NCBI GenBank assembly: GCA_964035545.1
Contig: CAXIUT010000183.1
Location: 62,001 to 126,000, forward strand
Length of the DNA: 64,000 nucleotides
Source of the DNA: Bugula neritina
Taxonomy: Eukaryota; Animalia; Bryozoa
Direction of reading: 5' to 3'
Made by a program: the position numbers and the translations under genes. Position 1 is the stretch's first letter. Each line of letters starts with the position of its first letter. Shown in pieces: positions 62,001 through 64,000 of the stretch. The notes beneath the pieces are model-generated. The model did not search any database and was not told the origin of the DNA. It saw only the letters and a list, made by a program, of their open reading frames with translations.

Positions 62001-64000
62001 ATTGAAATACACTACAACACATTGAAATATACTGCAACATACCGGAATATATGGTAAACTACTGAAATATACTGTAACACACTGAAAAATACTGCAACAT
62101 ACTGAAATATACTGCGAGACATTGCAATATACTGCAACATACCAAAATATATGGTAAACTACTGAAATATACTTTAACACATTGAAAAATACTGCAACAT
62201 ACTGAAATATACTGTATAACACTGAAATATACTGCAACAAACTGAAATACACTGTAACATACTGAAATAAACTGCAACATACCAAAATATATGGTAAACT
62301 ACTGAAATATACTTTAACACATTGAAAAATACTGCAACATACTAAAATATACTGTAACACTGCAAGATACTGCAACATACCGAAATACACTGTAACATAC
62401 TGAAACACACTGCAACATACTGCATTATACTGACATACACTGGAACATATTGAAATACACTGCAACACAATGAAATATACTGCAACATACCAAAATATAT
62501 GGTAAACTACTGAAATATACTTTAACACATTGAAAAATACTGCAACATACTGAAATATACTGTAACACACTGAAATATACTGCAACATACTGAAATACAC
62601 TGTAACATACTGAAATAAACTGTAACATACTGAAATACACTGCAACATCCTACAACATACTGAATTACACTGTAACATTGTGAAATACACTGCAACACAT
62701 TGAAAAATACTGCAACATACCAAAATATACGGTAAACTATTGAATTATACTGTAACACATTGAAAAATACTGAAACACACTGAAATTTACTCTGACACAA
62801 TGCAATATACTGTAACATACTGAATTATGCTGTAGCACACTGAAATACACTGCAACTCACTGAAATATACTGCAACATACTGAAAAACACTGTAACATAT
62901 TGAAACATACTGCAACATACTACAACATATTGAAATACACTGCAACACATTGAAATATACTGCAACATACCTAAATATCCGGTAATATACTGAAATATAC
63001 TGTAACACATTGAAAAATATTGCAACATACTGAAATACACTGCAACCCACTGAAATACATCGCAAAAGACTACAACATACTGAAATATACTGTAACACAC
63101 TGAAATATCCTGCAACAAACTGAAATACACTGTAACATATTGAAATAAACTGCAACATACCAAAATATATGGTAAACTACTGAAATATACTTTAACACAT
63201 TGAAAAATACTGCAACATACTAAAATATACCGTAACACACTGCAAGATACTGCAACATACCGAAATACACTGTAACATACTGAAACACACTGCAACATAC
63301 TGCATTATACTGACTAACACTGGAACATATTGAAATACACTGCAACATCCTACAACATGCTGAAATACACTGTAACATATTGAAATACACTGCAACACAA
63401 TGAAATACACTGCAACATACCAAAATATATGGTAAACTACTGAAATATACTTTAACACATTGAAAAATACTGCAACATACTGAAATATACTGTAACACAC
63501 TGAAATATACTGCAACATACTGAAATACACTGTAACATACTGAAATAAACTGTAACATACTGAAATACACTGCAACATCCTACAACATACTGAATTACAC
63601 TGTAACATTGTGAAATACACTGCAACACATTGAAAAATACTGCAACATACCGAAATATACGGTAAACTATTGAATTATACTGTAACACATTGAAAAATAC
63701 TGAAACACACTGAAATATACTCTGACACAATGCAATATACTGTAACATACTGAAATATGCTGTAGCACACTGAAATACACTGCAACTCACTGAAATATAC
63801 TACAACATACTGAAAAACACTGTAACATATTGAAACATACTGCAACATACTACAACATATTGAAATACACTGCAACACATTGAAATATACTGCAACATAC
63901 CTAAATATCCGGTAATATACTGAAATATACTGTAACACATTGAAAAATACTACAACATACTGAAATACACTGTAACATATTGAAATACACTGCAACATAC
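50046..64000 (+). repeat. Mosaic domain with 1-2 kb duplicated blocks at irregular offsets (1,692; 1,170; 3,634; 1,712; 5,054; 930 bp)
   Basis: 163-aa marker at 54891, 56583 and 60217; 113-aa marker at 54583, 56275, 59909 and 61621; 142-aa marker at 56968, 58138 and 63192; word acattgtgaa at 58551, 62675 and 63605. Confidence 0.8.

Larger units (their letters stand above)
1..64000 (+). repeat. Satellite DNA array of 10-bp monomers, consensus TG(A/C/T)AA(T/C)A(T/C)A(C/T), about 6,400 monomers, single orientation, running off both window ends
   Basis: Every 10-base block of the listing is a variant of tgaaatatac / tgcaacatac / tgaaatacac / tgtaacatac. The dominant local pattern is the 40-mer TGAAATATAC TGCAACATAC TGAAATACAC TGTAACATAC. 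No unique sequence or inversion seen. Confidence 0.99.

Noticed and set aside
357-63998. Hundreds of minus-strand ORFs (up to 493 aa at 37875-39356) encoding MLQCISVCCSIFQYVAVYFS-like repeats
   Set aside because: They overlap in all three frames with the same peptide motif, as expected for a 10-bp period. Composition is implausible, no domain is recognisable, and boundaries follow satellite variants. They are not called as CDS.
1-64000. CRISPR array or other repeat-spacer system, with the box as the repeat
   Set aside because: Inter-box segments are themselves satellite monomers of 170-390 bp rather than unique ~30-bp spacers, and there are no cas genes or leader.
1-64000. Identity with known short satellites (Drosophila AATAACATAG decamer; Parascaris TTGCA-type eliminated repeats) or telomeric repeats
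   Set aside because: Only partial word overlap (TAACATA, TGCAA). The consensus and 20-bp alternation differ, and there are no G-run telomere motifs.
1-64000. TATA-like and TTGCAA/ATTGCAAT palindromic promoter or transcription-factor motifs
   Set aside because: They are inevitable by-products of the monomer sequence, occur very many times, and have no associated gene.

Overview
The whole 64 kb window is one uninterrupted, head-to-tail, single-orientation satellite DNA array, most likely eukaryotic heterochromatic or (peri)centromeric; the organism cannot be identified from the sequence. It comprises about 6,400 copies of a 10-bp monomer, TG(A/C/T)AA(T/C)A(T/C)A(C/T). I see no genes, RNA genes, transposons or CRISPR array. 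All listed ORFs are on the minus strand and are artefacts of a stop-free repeat consensus. The interest lies in a nested hierarchy: (1) 10-bp monomer; (2) 20/40-bp alternation TGAAATAYAC/TGYAACAYAY; (3) 170-300 bp segments, each punctuated by a 17-bp dyad box TACC-N9-GGTA; (4) 470-480 bp and 942-950 bp ancestral higher-order units; (5) recent multi-kb higher-order repeats. The multi-kb level includes a 2.74-kb core alternating with two spacers (periods 6,253 / 4,239 / 10,492 bp) over 1-34 kb, 640 and 1,190 bp duplications at 34.6-37.3 kb, a 4,628 bp duplication at 41.6-50 kb, and a more scrambled mosaic at 50-64 kb. The 10-bp register is broken only about 40 times, nearly all at two inherited monomer classes. 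All counts were made by eye and from ORF-track offsets and need computational confirmation.
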